A DNA stretch of 64,000 nucleotides from Candidatus Nomurabacteria bacterium (GCA_943349945.1 CALQZS010000001.1:277953-341952); one strand, 5' to 3'; positions 45,612-56,186 are shown, counted from the stretch's first letter. Program-made: numbers and translations. Notes: generated by a model from the sequence alone, not told the origin.

Positions 45612-47300
45612 ATGGGCAAGGACAATATAGAACAAGCAATCCAAAAAGCACTAGAGGCGCTCGGCGCCTCGGGTGTGGCTTTTGTGGTGGAGCGCCCAGG
45701 GGACTTGGCGCATGGCGACTATGCCACCAACGCAGCGCTCGCTGCGGCAAAACCGCTGGGCAAGAGTCCGCGCGAGGTGGCAGAAGAGCTGAAGGCAAAA
45801 CTTGATGAGGAAATAGAGGGAGTAGAAAAAATCGAAATCGCTGGCCCGGGGTTTATCAACTTCCGTCTTTCGCGCGAAGCTATTTTAGGGGAGGTGCAAA
45901 AAGCTGCTACAGACAAAAGTTGGGGGCAGAATGATTTGTATAAAAACAAAACGGTGATGGTCGAGTATACCGACCCAAACCCGTTTAAAGAATTTCATAT
46001 TGGACACTTGATGAGCAACGCTATTGGCGAGGCTATTGCGCGCACGCTCGAGAATGCGGGGGCAAAAGTAATCCGTGCAAACTACCAAGGCGACGTGGGG
46101 CCGCACGTGGCTAAAGCTATCTTTGGGCTGCTAGAGTTAGGATTTGAAAATCCAACGAGCGAGCAGTTGGGCCAAGCATATGTGCTGGGTGCCTCGCGGT
46201 ATGAAGAAAGTGCAGAGTATAAAAAACGCATCGACGAGATAAACAAAGCCGTATACGAAAAAACAGACCCAGAGGTTAATGCTCTGTATGCAATTGGCCG
46301 CAAGGTATCGCTCGCGCATTTTGAAGAACTCTACAAAATGTTGGGGACCAAGTTCGAACATTACTTTTTTGAAAGCGAGACAAGTGCCAAGGGGCTTGCA
46401 TTGGTGGGGGAAAATACGCCGAGCGTGTTTGAAAAGAGTGACGGCGCTGTGGTCTACAAGGGCGAGAAGGTGGGTTTACACACACGTGTGTTTATAAACT
46501 CGCAAGGCTTGCCAACATACGAGGCAAAAGATTTGGGGTTACTGCAGTCTAAAATAGAGAAGGCTGCGTTTGACCAGTCTGTTACGGTAACCGCCAACGA
46601 GCAGACAGAATACTTTAAGGTGATGCTTGCGGCAGCAAAAGAAATCCCAGCGCTGCAAAATATTGCAGAAAAAACTACCCACGTAGTGCACGGTATGATG
46701 CGCTTTGCAGAGGGTAAGATGTCGTCGCGTAAGGGGAATGTTATAACCGGCGAATCGCTTTTGATGGACATACAAGAGGCGGCAAAAGAAAAAATGCAGA
46801 GTAGGGAATTGGCTGATGCAGAAAAAGTTGCGAGTCAGGTGGCTGTGGGGGCCATTAAATACACCGTGCTCAAACAAGGAAGTGGCAAGGACATTGTCTT
46901 TGATAGAGAAAAATCGCTTTCGCTCGAGGGCGACTCGGGGCCGTACCTGCAGTATGCGCACACACGCGCTGCATCTTTGGTGCAAAAGGCGCGTGCTGCA
47001 GGGGTGAGCGACAAGGTAGAGAGTGTGCAGGATGTGGAGGAATTTTTGGGCGCACTTATGCTCGACCGTTTGCTTATACACTATCCAAGTGTGGGTGCTC
47101 GCGCGGCGCACGAACTTGAGCCGCACCATGTCACCACATACCTTACAGAACTTGCTGCGGCATTTAACTCTTGGTACGCACAGGTGCGGGTTATAGACGG
47201 TGACTATCCTTCGTATGCACTTTTGCTTGCAGAGGCGGTGGAGCAGACGCTTGGCAAAGGGCTAGAACTTCTGGGCATCCCCGCGCCCAAGGAGATGTAA
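45612..47300 (+). CDS. argS: Arginine--tRNA ligase
   Basis: HGDYATN, AGPGFINF, NPFKEFHIGH, KMSSRKG, GDSGPYLQY. Confidence 0.97.
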   Translation: MGKDNIEQAIQKALEALGASGVAFVVERPGDLAHGDYATNAALAAAKPLGKSPREVAEELKAKLDEEIEGVEKIEIAGPGFINFRLSREAILGEVQKAATDKSWGQNDLYKNKTVMVEYTDPNPFKEFHIGHLMSNAIGEAIARTLENAGAKVIRANYQGDVGPHVAKAIFGLLELGFENPTSEQLGQAYVLGASRYEESAEYKKRIDEINKAVYEKTDPEVNALYAIGRKVSLAHFEELYKMLGTKFEHYFFESETSAKGLALVGENTPSVFEKSDGAVVYKGEKVGLHTRVFINSQGLPTYEAKDLGLLQSKIEKAAFDQSVTVTANEQTEYFKVMLAAAKEIPALQNIAEKTTHVVHGMMRFAEGKMSSRKGNVITGESLLMDIQEAAKEKMQSRELADAEKVASQVAVGAIKYTVLKQGSGKDIVFDREKSLSLEGDSGPYLQYAHTRAASLVQKARAAGVSDKVESVQDVEEFLGALMLDRLLIHYPSVGARAAHELEPHHVTTYLTELAAAFNSWYAQVRVIDGDYPSYALLLAEAVEQTLGKGLELLGIPAPKEM

Positions 47301-47329
47301 AAAGCTCAAAAAGTGGTATATTTTCATAC

Positions 47330-50300
47330 ATGGATTCAAAACCTCAGGGAGGGGAAGAGGCGCATCGTGGCGCCGAAGTAGCAAAAAAAGGCCCGCTGGC
47401 CATGCGCGAGGAGATAGTGCTCGATTTTTGGAACAAAGAAGAGATTTTTAAAAAGACCCTCGAAAAGCCAGCCCCCAAGGGCGAGTATGTATTTTATGAT
47501 GGTCCGCCGTTTGCAAACGGCTTGCCGCACTACGGGCATATTTTAGCGAGCTCGATTAAAGATGTTATCCCGCGCTACCGCACTATGCAGGGCTACCGTG
47601 TGGGGCGACAGTGGGGGTGGGACTGTCACGGACTCCCCGTCGAGAACTTGGTAGAAAAAGAGCTCGGGTTCAAAACCAAACGCGATATAGAAGACTACGG
47701 CATCGCTAAGTTTAATGCTGCTGCGCGCACTAGCATCATGAAGGATGTGTCGGACTGGAAGCGCATCATCCCGCGCATGGGGCGCTGGGCCGACATGGAC
47801 CACGACTACAAGACCATGGATGCTTCCTATACCGAGTCGGTATGGTGGGCGTTTAAAAAACTCTACGACAAAAAGCTTGTCTACGACGGCTTTAAGGCAA
47901 TGCACTTGTGTCCACGATGTGGCACTACACTTTCTAACTTTGAAGTTGCGCAGGGCTACCAAGACATAGATGACATAGCCGTAACGGTGAAGATGCCTTT
48001 GGTTGATGAGCCGGAGACGTCGTTGCTTATTTGGACCACCACACCATGGACACTGCCGGGCAACGTGGCGGTTGCGGTTAATGCGCAAGCTGCCTATGTA
48101 AAAGTCCGCACGGACGACGGTTTTGTGGTGGTCGCCAAAGATCTGGCGGCAAAAGTGCTCGGAGATGATTTAAAAATATACGGAGAAATAGCGGGCAAAG
48201 ACCTGGTGGGCAAATATTACACACCACCGTTTAATTATTTTGTTGATCAAATACACAAACACAAAACGCACGCATGGCGCGTGTACGCGGCGCCCTACGT
48301 TACCCTGACCGACGGCACAGGCATCGTGCACCTAGCGCCCGCCTATGGCGAGGAAGATCTGCAGCTGGCCCAAAAAGAAAAGATACCACTTATTCATCAT
48401 GTAACAGATGAGGGTAAGTTTGTGGCGACGGTCAGTGACTTTGCGGGGCTGCCAGTCAAACCAAAAGGCAGACACATGGAGACTGACACAAAAATAGTCG
48501 AGCACCTGCGCGCAAAAGGGCTTTTGTTTAAAGAAGAAAAAATAAACCATTCCTACCCGCACTGTTGGCGTTGCGACACTCCGCTGCTTAACTGGGCAGC
48601 CAACTCATGGTTTGTAAAAGTCTCTGCTATTAAAAGCAAACTGCTTGCGCAAAACAAAAAGGTGCAATGGGTACCTCCACATGTGGGGGAGGGGCGTTTT
48701 CAAAATGGTCTGGCAAGTGCCCCCGACTGGGCGGTGTCGCGCAGCCGCTACTGGGGTGCGCCCATTCCCGTATGGCGCCACAGCAAAACAAAAGAGATAA
48801 AAGTGCTCGGGTCAGTAGACGAGTTGTTGGCGTTGGTGCGTCGCTCGGGCAATAAGTACTTTATACTTCGCCATGGTGAAGCAAAGAGTAACGTCGAGCG
48901 TATACTCAACTGCGATAACACAGGGGAAAATCATTTGACCGACACAGGGCGCAAACAAGCTGCCGCCGCGGCGCGTGCACTACGCGGTAAAGGTATAGAC
49001 ACCATTGTTGCATCGCCGCTGCTGCGTGCACAAGAAACTGCGCGCATGCTGTGCGACCAGTTGGGCATCCCGCAGTCGGCCATTATGACGGATGTGCGGC
49101 TCAGTGAAGTGGGGTTTGGAGACCATAACAACGGCTCGGTGGATGCATGGGAGTCGCTGTTTCCCACCTTGGCAGACAAGTTTACCAAAGCAGCACCAGG
49201 CGTCGAGACGTACACGCAAGTACGCAGTCGTTTGGGAGAATTTATTTTTGATGTCGACAAACGCTACACAGGCAAACGCATTTTGGTAGTTACGCACGGG
49301 GCGCCTGCATGGCTTTTGTCTGAGTTTGCTGCACACACCGACCAAAAAACACTTGCAACCCGTGCACATGGCGGCAGTATGTTGTCGAATGGACAGTGGC
49401 AAGAGATGACCTTTACACCTTTTCCACACAACGAGACCTACGACCTCGACCTGCACCGCCCCTACATCGACGACGTGGTACTTGGCGACCCGCTGCGCGG
49501 CGAATGGAAGCGCGTCCCTGATGTGTTTGATTGTTGGTTCGAGTCTGGTTCGATGCCTTTTGCATCCAATCACTACCCGTTTAACAAACAAAAGTTTGAT
49601 CCAAAGAAGTTTTTTGGTCTTATGCCAAAGGGCTACCCTGCAGACTTTATAGCCGAAGGTCTCGACCAGACGCGCGGATGGTTTTACTCGCTTATCGTGC
49701 TGGGTACCGCGCTCTTCGGGCAAAGTCCGTACAAGCAGGTGATAGTAAACGGTTTGGTGCTTGCACAAGATGGACAAAAGATGAGCAAGCGGCTCAAAAA
49801 CTATCCCGACCCTATGGAAGTGGTAAACACCTTTGGTGCTGACGCGCTGCGATACTACCTACTTTCGTCGCCGGTTATTCGCGCCGAAGATCTTAACTTT
49901 GCGTTGCGCGGCGTAGAAGAGGTGTCTAAAAAGTTGCTCATGCGGCTCGACAATGTGCGCAGTTTTTATGACTTGTATGCAGCGGGGGAACATGCGCAAA
50001 GTGTGGCGCCAACGCACACTCTTGATGTGTGGGTGGTGTCGCGGCTTGGCGAACTTATTCGCGATACACAAGCAGGGTTCGAGTCGTACGAATTAGATTT
50101 GGCGACACGCCCTCTTGCTAGCTTTATCGACGATGTGTCCACGTGGTATCTGCGTCGCTCTCGCGACAGATTTAAAACCGAAGGCGCAGACAAACAGCAG
50201 GCGCTTGCCGTGTTGCGCTTGGTGCTCAAGACGACTGCTTTGGTGATGGCGCCTGCCATGCCGTTTTTTGCAGAAGACCTCTACCTACGGGTGCGCGACG

Positions 50301-50782
50301 CGGGCGACGCAGAAAGTGTGCACTTGGCTACATGGCCGCTGCCACAAAAAATAGACGAGTCGCTGCTTGCCGACATGGTGCGGGTGCGTGCGCTGTGTTC
50401 TCGTGGGTTGGAGTTGCGCGAAAAGGCGGGTGTCAAAGTACGCCAGCCGCTAAGCAAGCTTGTAGTAAAAGAACTCTCTTTGAGTGACGCGCTGCGTGCG
50501 GTTATTGCAGACGAGCTTAATGTAAAAGCAGTGGTAGAAGATGCGGGCATGCAAGAAGATGTGATGCTCGACACGACGCTCACTCCAGAGCTTAAAGAAG
50601 AAGGCATGCTGCGCGATATCATTCGCCACATACAAGGCTGGCGCAAAGAGCAGGGACTCACCATCACCGACCGCCCGGCTTACACTTTTGTGGGTAGTGC
50701 AGAGGAAGTTGCGGTTGCACAAAAATATACAGACGACATCCTTGCTGCGACGGGTCTCGCAAGTTTGGACGCGCATGCATAA
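47330..50782 (+). CDS. ileS: Isoleucine--tRNA ligase (type 2, eukaryote-like) with inserted histidine-phosphatase domain
   Basis: DGPPFANGLPHYGH, GWDCHGLP, WTTTPWTLP, EGLDQTRGWFY, KMSKR; insert with RHGE...SPLLRAQETA...VTHG. Confidence 0.96.
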   Translation: MDSKPQGGEEAHRGAEVAKKGPLAMREEIVLDFWNKEEIFKKTLEKPAPKGEYVFYDGPPFANGLPHYGHILASSIKDVIPRYRTMQGYRVGRQWGWDCHGLPVENLVEKELGFKTKRDIEDYGIAKFNAAARTSIMKDVSDWKRIIPRMGRWADMDHDYKTMDASYTESVWWAFKKLYDKKLVYDGFKAMHLCPRCGTTLSNFEVAQGYQDIDDIAVTVKMPLVDEPETSLLIWTTTPWTLPGNVAVAVNAQAAYVKVRTDDGFVVVAKDLAAKVLGDDLKIYGEIAGKDLVGKYYTPPFNYFVDQIHKHKTHAWRVYAAPYVTLTDGTGIVHLAPAYGEEDLQLAQKEKIPLIHHVTDEGKFVATVSDFAGLPVKPKGRHMETDTKIVEHLRAKGLLFKEEKINHSYPHCWRCDTPLLNWAANSWFVKVSAIKSKLLAQNKKVQWVPPHVGEGRFQNGLASAPDWAVSRSRYWGAPIPVWRHSKTKEIKVLGSVDELLALVRRSGNKYFILRHGEAKSNVERILNCDNTGENHLTDTGRKQAAAAARALRGKGIDTIVASPLLRAQETARMLCDQLGIPQSAIMTDVRLSEVGFGDHNNGSVDAWESLFPTLADKFTKAAPGVETYTQVRSRLGEFIFDVDKRYTGKRILVVTHGAPAWLLSEFAAHTDQKTLATRAHGGSMLSNGQWQEMTFTPFPHNETYDLDLHRPYIDDVVLGDPLRGEWKRVPDVFDCWFESGSMPFASNHYPFNKQKFDPKKFFGLMPKGYPADFIAEGLDQTRGWFYSLIVLGTALFGQSPYKQVIVNGLVLAQDGQKMSKRLKNYPDPMEVVNTFGADALRYYLLSSPVIRAEDLNFALRGVEEVSKKLLMRLDNVRSFYDLYAAGEHAQSVAPTHTLDVWVVSRLGELIRDTQAGFESYELDLATRPLASFIDDVSTWYLRRSRDRFKTEGADKQQALAVLRLVLKTTALVMAPAMPFFAEDLYLRVRDAGDAESVHLATWPLPQKIDESLLADMVRVRALCSRGLELREKAGVKVRQPLSKLVVKELSLSDALRAVIADELNVKAVVEDAGMQEDVMLDTTLTPELKEEGMLRDIIRHIQGWRKEQGLTITDRPAYTFVGSAEEVAVAQKYTDDILAATGLASLDAHA

Positions 50783-51368
50783 GGTTGTGGCGACACAGGG
50801 GCTGGTGTTGACCAAGCGCAGCGCGGGCGAGGCAAACACGCTTGTGGCGATTTTAACTAAAGATCTGGGGCTTGTGCGCGCTGCGGCGCGCAGTGCGCGG
50901 GTAGAGCAGTCCAAATTGCGCTACGGGCTAGAGCCGCTCACACAAGGCAAGTTTTCTATGGTGCGTGGCCGGTATGAATGGAAGCTGGTCGGCACGGAAG
51001 AATTGTCTCGCGCGTATCTTGCGGGGTCGCCGCTGTCTCGTCGTGCGGCTGGGCGGGTAACTCGCTTGCTGCTGCGCCTTATACATGGGGAAGAACCCGT
51101 CGCCGATTTGTATACCACTGTTGTCGAGGGGCTCGACCGCTTGGTTCGGGCCGAGAGCGAGGCAGAGCTAGAGAGCGTTGAGTGTGTGTTGGTGTTGCGA
51201 GTATTGGCGCACCTGGGCTACTTGCCGCACACACCAGCTTTGGCGCCATTTTTGCAAACTGCCCCGGAGGGCGAGTTTATGTCCGAAGACCTGGCTGTGG
51301 CCGTGGCCCGCTCGCGCCCCTCGCTCATCCGCACCATCAACCATTCCCTCAGCGCCACCGGATTGTAA
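50775..51368 (+). CDS. recO: DNA repair protein RecO (short)
   Basis: GEANTLVAILTKDLGLVRAAARSAR..SKL..LEP, LAHLGY. Confidence 0.85.
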   Translation: MHKVVATQGLVLTKRSAGEANTLVAILTKDLGLVRAAARSARVEQSKLRYGLEPLTQGKFSMVRGRYEWKLVGTEELSRAYLAGSPLSRRAAGRVTRLLLRLIHGEEPVADLYTTVVEGLDRLVRAESEAELESVECVLVLRVLAHLGYLPHTPALAPFLQTAPEGEFMSEDLAVAVARSRPSLIRTINHSLSATGL

Positions 51369-51386
51369 AATAAGGACTTTTGCCAC

Positions 51387-51458
51387 TTATCCACAGAAAA
51401 CCTTACGAAGGTCAGTCCTTCGCGAAGGACTGACCTTCGTAAAGAAAACTGGGGATAA
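51387..51458. promoter_or_regulatory. Inverted pair of DnaA boxes upstream of the pilus operon
   Basis: TTATCCACA 51387-51395 and TGGGGATAA 51450-51458 (same variant as in oriC). Confidence 0.55.
51403..51442. repeat. 40-bp perfect nested palindrome (copy 2) flanked by AGAAAAC direct repeats
   Basis: TTACGAAGGTCAGTCCTTCG|CGAAGGACTGACCTTCGTAA; AGAAAAC at 51395-51401 and 51443-51449. Confidence 0.95.
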
Positions 51459-51484
51459 CTCAGTGGGGATACAATTAAGCTCTT

Positions 51485-52696
51485 GTGGAACCGCAAGAGG
51501 CGACTGTTGAAGAGGTGCTGTCCCGAGGCGGCTCTGTATCCATTATTGACCTGGTAGAGGCGCTGGTGCGACAAGCATATTTAGTGGGAGCGTCCGATAT
51601 TCATATTGATCCAACGGATGTAGCGCTTCGTGTGCGCATGCGAGTGGATGGAGTGTTGCAAGAAAAGTTTTTTCTAAGTAGGAGTATTCATTCTGAAATA
51701 ATTTCGCGTATCAAAGTGCTTTCGTGGTTGCGCACCGACGAGCATCAGGCCGTCCAAGACGGCCGTTTTCGTTTGCTTAGCGACGGGGCGATGCCAATTG
51801 ATGTGCGCGTGTCCATCGTACCTACATATTATGGAGAAAATGCTGTGCTACGGCTTTTAATCGATACTCCAGAGCAGCACACACTTGCAACGCTTGGATT
51901 TAGCGAGGATGACCAACAGAAGATACTTCGTGCCGTACGACACCCCGACGGTATGGTGCTTGCTACTGGCCCCACTGGTTCGGGCAAAACAACCACGCTC
52001 TATACATTGCTTAAAATGCTCAACACTAGCGAGGTGTCCATTGTTACGATAGAAGATCCTGTGGAGTATGCGATAAGCAACGTAACCCAAATACAAACAC
52101 AGGCAAAAACAGGACTGACTTTTGCAACTGGGTTGCGCTCTATTTTGCGCCAAGATCCAAATATTATTATGGTGGGCGAGATTCGAGACAAAGAAACTGC
52201 TGGGATTGCGGTTAATGCAGCACTCACGGGACACTTGCTGTTGTCGACCTTACATACAAGTAATGCGGCAGCAACTCTACCAAGGCTGCTTGATATGGGA
52301 GTCGATTCCTATTTGGTCGCGTCAACAGTTTCTTTGGTGATAGGGCAGCGTTTGGTTCGTAAAATTTGTACCGAGTGTCGGTCACCGTATGTCTTGTCGT
52401 CAAACGAACGCGAGAGTCTGCAATCTGTCCTGCAGGGCGCGCCAGATGATCCGTTTTTTATAGGGCAAGGGTGTGTGGTGTGCGATGGTAGCGGGTATCG
52501 CGGGCGAGTGGGTGTGGATGAAGTGCTGGTGGTAGATACGTCTGTGCGTGACGCACTTCTTGCAAGAGAGTCCGCGGCGCATATTCATGCACTTGCGGTC
52601 AAAAACGGTATGACTCCTATGTTACAAAATGGCCTACACAAAGCGCGCCTGGGTCTTACGAGTATTGCAGAATTATTGCGAACCATGCATGAATAG
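51485..52696 (+). CDS. PilB/GspE-family ATPase (second paralog, lacks N-terminal domain)
   Basis: ASDIHIDP, GPTGSGKTTTLY, LRQDPNIIMVGEIRD, CTEC...CVVC. Confidence 0.92.
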   Translation: MEPQEATVEEVLSRGGSVSIIDLVEALVRQAYLVGASDIHIDPTDVALRVRMRVDGVLQEKFFLSRSIHSEIISRIKVLSWLRTDEHQAVQDGRFRLLSDGAMPIDVRVSIVPTYYGENAVLRLLIDTPEQHTLATLGFSEDDQQKILRAVRHPDGMVLATGPTGSGKTTTLYTLLKMLNTSEVSIVTIEDPVEYAISNVTQIQTQAKTGLTFATGLRSILRQDPNIIMVGEIRDKETAGIAVNAALTGHLLLSTLHTSNAAATLPRLLDMGVDSYLVASTVSLVIGQRLVRKICTECRSPYVLSSNERESLQSVLQGAPDDPFFIGQGCVVCDGSGYRGRVGVDEVLVVDTSVRDALLARESAAHIHALAVKNGMTPMLQNGLHKARLGLTSIAELLRTMHE

Positions 52697-53780
52697 CCCG
52701 TACGCAATCACCTACATACAAGGGTTATGGATGCGCTCTTCTATTAAAGAGCAGACTTTATTTGCCAAAAAACTCTCCTTTTTGCTGGGAGCACAAATAT
52801 CTATTGTGGAGTGTCTGGATATGCTTCGCGCACAGACGACGTCTAAAGCCAAAGAGCAAGCGTTGGATGATGTAGTGCAGAGTGTTGCGAACGGACAACT
52901 ACTGTCAGCTAGTCTTGGTAAGTATCCTCGTTTGTTTAGTGATTTTTTTATTACCCTTGTGCGCGTTGGAGAACAAAGCGGCACGCTACACACAAGCCTC
53001 GTACATCTTGCGGATGAATTAAAGAAAAAGCACCTGCTGCGCACTAAAGTGCTTGGCGCGCTCGTGTATCCAACCACTATTTTTATAGGGACTATTTTGG
53101 TGACTGTGGTGTTGATGGTGTATATTTTTCCAAAAATCTTACCCATCTTTGCAAGTCTGCAAGTGCAATTACCGCTCTCGACTCGCCTGGTGCTGGCATT
53201 GAGTGATTTTCTTATTGCGTTTGGCCTTTGGTGCGCCTTGGTTGTTGGTGTTGTTGTTATTGCTTTGTATATTGCACGTAACAAATATACAAGAGTCCGC
53301 TGGTATGTTGATGCTGCCACGCTGCATGTGCCACTGGTGCGCCACATGGTGCAGAGCTATAACCGCGCCAATGTCTGTCGTACCCTTGGGCTGCTGCTCA
53401 ACAGTGGTATGTCACTGGGAGATGCATTACTCGTTACTGCGGAGGGGACACGGAATCTGCTTTATAAAAATAGTTTGTTGGACCTGTGTCTTTGTGTGCA
53501 ACAGGGGAGTTCCTTGTCGAGCGGGTTTGTACGGTATCCAAAATTATTTTCTGCGTTAACCATGCAGCTTGTGGCGGTAGGAGAGCGGACAGGCACACTC
53601 GCTGCGTCGCTTGTGTATGTGGGCGACTTGCATGAGGGGGAAGTGGATGAACAAACAAAACACCTTGCTGCATCTATTGAACCGGTGCTTATGATTGTAA
53701 TGGGGCTCACGGTTGGTTTTGTTGCGATAGCAATTATCACGCCCTTGTATGAAATTACCTCACACCTTACTCCGCGATAA
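52689..53780 (+). CDS. pilC: PilC/GspF platform protein
   Basis: VGEQSGTL, ALVYP, VGERTGTL, IEPVLMIVMG. Confidence 0.9.
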   Translation: MNSPYAITYIQGLWMRSSIKEQTLFAKKLSFLLGAQISIVECLDMLRAQTTSKAKEQALDDVVQSVANGQLLSASLGKYPRLFSDFFITLVRVGEQSGTLHTSLVHLADELKKKHLLRTKVLGALVYPTTIFIGTILVTVVLMVYIFPKILPIFASLQVQLPLSTRLVLALSDFLIAFGLWCALVVGVVVIALYIARNKYTRVRWYVDAATLHVPLVRHMVQSYNRANVCRTLGLLLNSGMSLGDALLVTAEGTRNLLYKNSLLDLCLCVQQGSSLSSGFVRYPKLFSALTMQLVAVGERTGTLAASLVYVGDLHEGEVDEQTKHLAASIEPVLMIVMGLTVGFVAIAIITPLYEITSHLTPR

Positions 53781-54240
53781 GTGCGACGACTTATTTTTGT
53801 TGCCACATAAAAGTGGCTTTACGTTGGTGGAAGTACTGGTGGTGTTAGGGTTACTTTTGCTACTTGTGGGTCTTGGAGGGCTGGGGAGTATGGAGGCGTA
53901 CAGGTCGTATGTGTTTACTGCAGAAACACACACATTAGTTAGTGTGTTAGAGCGGGCGCGCAGTCAGGCGCTGGTCAATAAACAGCAACTGCCGCATGGC
54001 GTATGTTACCAAGCGCCGCACTACATCCTTTTTCAGGGGACTGAGTGTGTAGATACACCAAGTAGTGAACGTATTAGGACAGCACGGAGTATTGCGGACG
54101 CTTCTGATTTTGACACCATGTTTCCTGTGGTCATATTTACGCCGCTCACTGCAACTACTGTCTCGGCAACCATACATGTTACAGATGGTTTGCGGACTAC
54201 GGACATTGTAATAAATGATGAAGGCGCAATTTTTTGGTAG
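53749..54240 (+). CDS. Minor pilin (FimT/GspH-like); start uncertain
   Basis: SG|FTLVEVLVV, LERARSQA, INDEG. Confidence 0.8.
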   Translation: MKLPHTLLRDKCDDLFLLPHKSGFTLVEVLVVLGLLLLLVGLGGLGSMEAYRSYVFTAETHTLVSVLERARSQALVNKQQLPHGVCYQAPHYILFQGTECVDTPSSERIRTARSIADASDFDTMFPVVIFTPLTATTVSATIHVTDGLRTTDIVINDEGAIFW

Positions 54241-55705
54241 AGCGTATATCCGAGGTTTTAGCACTCTTGAAATGCTTATTGCGGTAAGTGTGCTTTTGCT
54301 CGGGATGACTGCAGCGTTGTTGATGCAGTTTGGTGCACAAGCTGCTGCGGTCGATGCGCAGATACAGATGCAGGCACTTGCACGAGCGGCCTCTGTGTTA
54401 GACCGTGCGCGCGTGGTGGCGGCCCAAGATGTAGTAGGTGTAATTGCAACATCTAGTGTGTGGTCTGTAGGAGGTCAGACCTATGTGCAAACAATATCAG
54501 TGGCGCATAAGACGCAGTGTCGCACACAGGCAACCAGTTCTGTGTTTTGGCAAAACAGCCCTGTGCGACCGCAACGAGTAGAATTGTCCAGGGTATTTAT
54601 AGATATAGAGCGGATGCTTTCTCTGGGGAGAGATTGCATTACCGACGTGTCACCCTGGGAGGGACTACACGCGCGTTCGGTAAACACAATTGATGCGGGT
54701 GTGCCGACAGCGCTTGATGTGCTGAACGGTCTTGTATACGGAGGTGGTACGGCTTCGCCGTATTTTTTTATACTCGACACAACCACCTCTGCCGACAAAA
54801 GCGCCAATGAGTTGGTCAGTTTTGAGAATGGATTTAACGCAGGTGCGGCAATAAACGCGCTTGATGCCACGGCGCTGCGCTCGCATGAAGGAGTGCTTAG
54901 ACACTACGTGTTTGCGGCTATGGAGGCTACTACTAGCCAGATGACGGTGATTGATGTGACCAGTCCAAAAAAACCAACAACAGTGGCGGTACGCACGCTC
55001 AATAATGTGTCGCCCGTGGGCTCTGAACCTGCAGGACATCGACTCTATTATTTTGCCGACAGACTGTACGTGCTTACGCGCTATACTGCCGGGCCAGAAC
55101 TACACACCTTTGATGTCTCGAATCCAGAAGACCCTGTAGAGCTTGGGGGAGGTGTCGAGTTGGGCGTCACCGTGAATGGTATTGCAGTGCAAGAGCGGTT
55201 TATAGAAGGAGTGTCTCGACGATTTGCCTACCTTGCAACTTCTCAAGCTGCGGGAGAGCTGAAGGTGTATGATGTGACCGACCCGCTGCGTGTAGGCGCT
55301 GCGACAGAGGTGTTGGAAGCTCGGCAAGACTTACCTGGTATACAAAATGGACTGAGCGTATACCCGCTAGGCAACAGGCTCTACGTGGGGCGCGCATCGA
55401 CTCCGCCGGGCGCAGATTTGTATGTATATGACACCACAAACCCACCGCAAGGTTTGGCTCTTGTGGGGGGACATGATATCGGCACAGGGGTAGAGACTGT
55501 GTTGGTGGTCGGTGACTTTGCGTTTTTGAGCACACCCAAATCTAAAAAGGAATTACAAGTCTGGGATATCAGGTCAGACCCTATTGCTCTTGTTGCCGAA
55601 TATGCGCTGCCGGGCAGTGTTGCAGGCGGGCTTGAGTATGAGGATGGTTTTTTATTTGTAACCGCACAAAGCGATGCTTCGGTGCACACCTTTGTTGGGT
55701 ATTGA
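54215..55705 (+). CDS. Minor pilin (PilV-like) fused to LVIVD-repeat beta-propeller
   Basis: RG|FSTLEML; repeats MTVIDVTSP, LHTFDVSNP, LKVYDVTDP, LYVYDTTNP, LQVWDI. Confidence 0.8.
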   Translation: MMKAQFFGRAYIRGFSTLEMLIAVSVLLLGMTAALLMQFGAQAAAVDAQIQMQALARAASVLDRARVVAAQDVVGVIATSSVWSVGGQTYVQTISVAHKTQCRTQATSSVFWQNSPVRPQRVELSRVFIDIERMLSLGRDCITDVSPWEGLHARSVNTIDAGVPTALDVLNGLVYGGGTASPYFFILDTTTSADKSANELVSFENGFNAGAAINALDATALRSHEGVLRHYVFAAMEATTSQMTVIDVTSPKKPTTVAVRTLNNVSPVGSEPAGHRLYYFADRLYVLTRYTAGPELHTFDVSNPEDPVELGGGVELGVTVNGIAVQERFIEGVSRRFAYLATSQAAGELKVYDVTDPLRVGAATEVLEARQDLPGIQNGLSVYPLGNRLYVGRASTPPGADLYVYDTTNPPQGLALVGGHDIGTGVETVLVVGDFAFLSTPKSKKELQVWDIRSDPIALVAEYALPGSVAGGLEYEDGFLFVTAQSDASVHTFVGY

Positions 55706-55706
55706 T

Positions 55707-56186
55707 ATGTCGATCTATACACACACGAGTGCGCGTGGATTCACCCTTGTTGAGGCTGTTATGTATATAGGCCTGTTTTCTTTATTACTATCCAGTTCGC
55801 TTGTAGTGGTGTGGCAGTTGGTTGATGGTATGCAGCGCGACATGCAGCGCCTTACGATACAAGAAGAGGGGAATTTTGTGATGCAAAAAATACACCGCTC
55901 TGTAATAGACTCGGCGAGTGTCGCGGTGTTGAACGAGGATTTCTCGCACCAAATCATTTTACATACGCACGCAGCACAGCGCATTACTGTGCGGTTCAAT
56001 ATGGCAAGTAGTAGTATAGAAATGCAAAGGGGTCAGCTTGCGCCGTTTGTACCACTTACCACTAATGCGGTGCGGGTCAACGATGTAGTTTTTACAGAGA
56101 TGCTGCACGCAGGTGCTCCGGGCATACGCGCCACTATTACCATAGAAGGAGAAGTGTTTGAGGTAGAGGAGTATGTGCGCGACTAA
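55707..56186 (+). CDS. Minor pilin (PilW/GspJ-like)
   Basis: RG|FTLVEAVMYIGLF, EEGNFVMQKI. Confidence 0.8.
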   Translation: MSIYTHTSARGFTLVEAVMYIGLFSLLLSSSLVVVWQLVDGMQRDMQRLTIQEEGNFVMQKIHRSVIDSASVAVLNEDFSHQIILHTHAAQRITVRFNMASSSIEMQRGQLAPFVPLTTNAVRVNDVVFTEMLHAGAPGIRATITIEGEVFEVEEYVRD

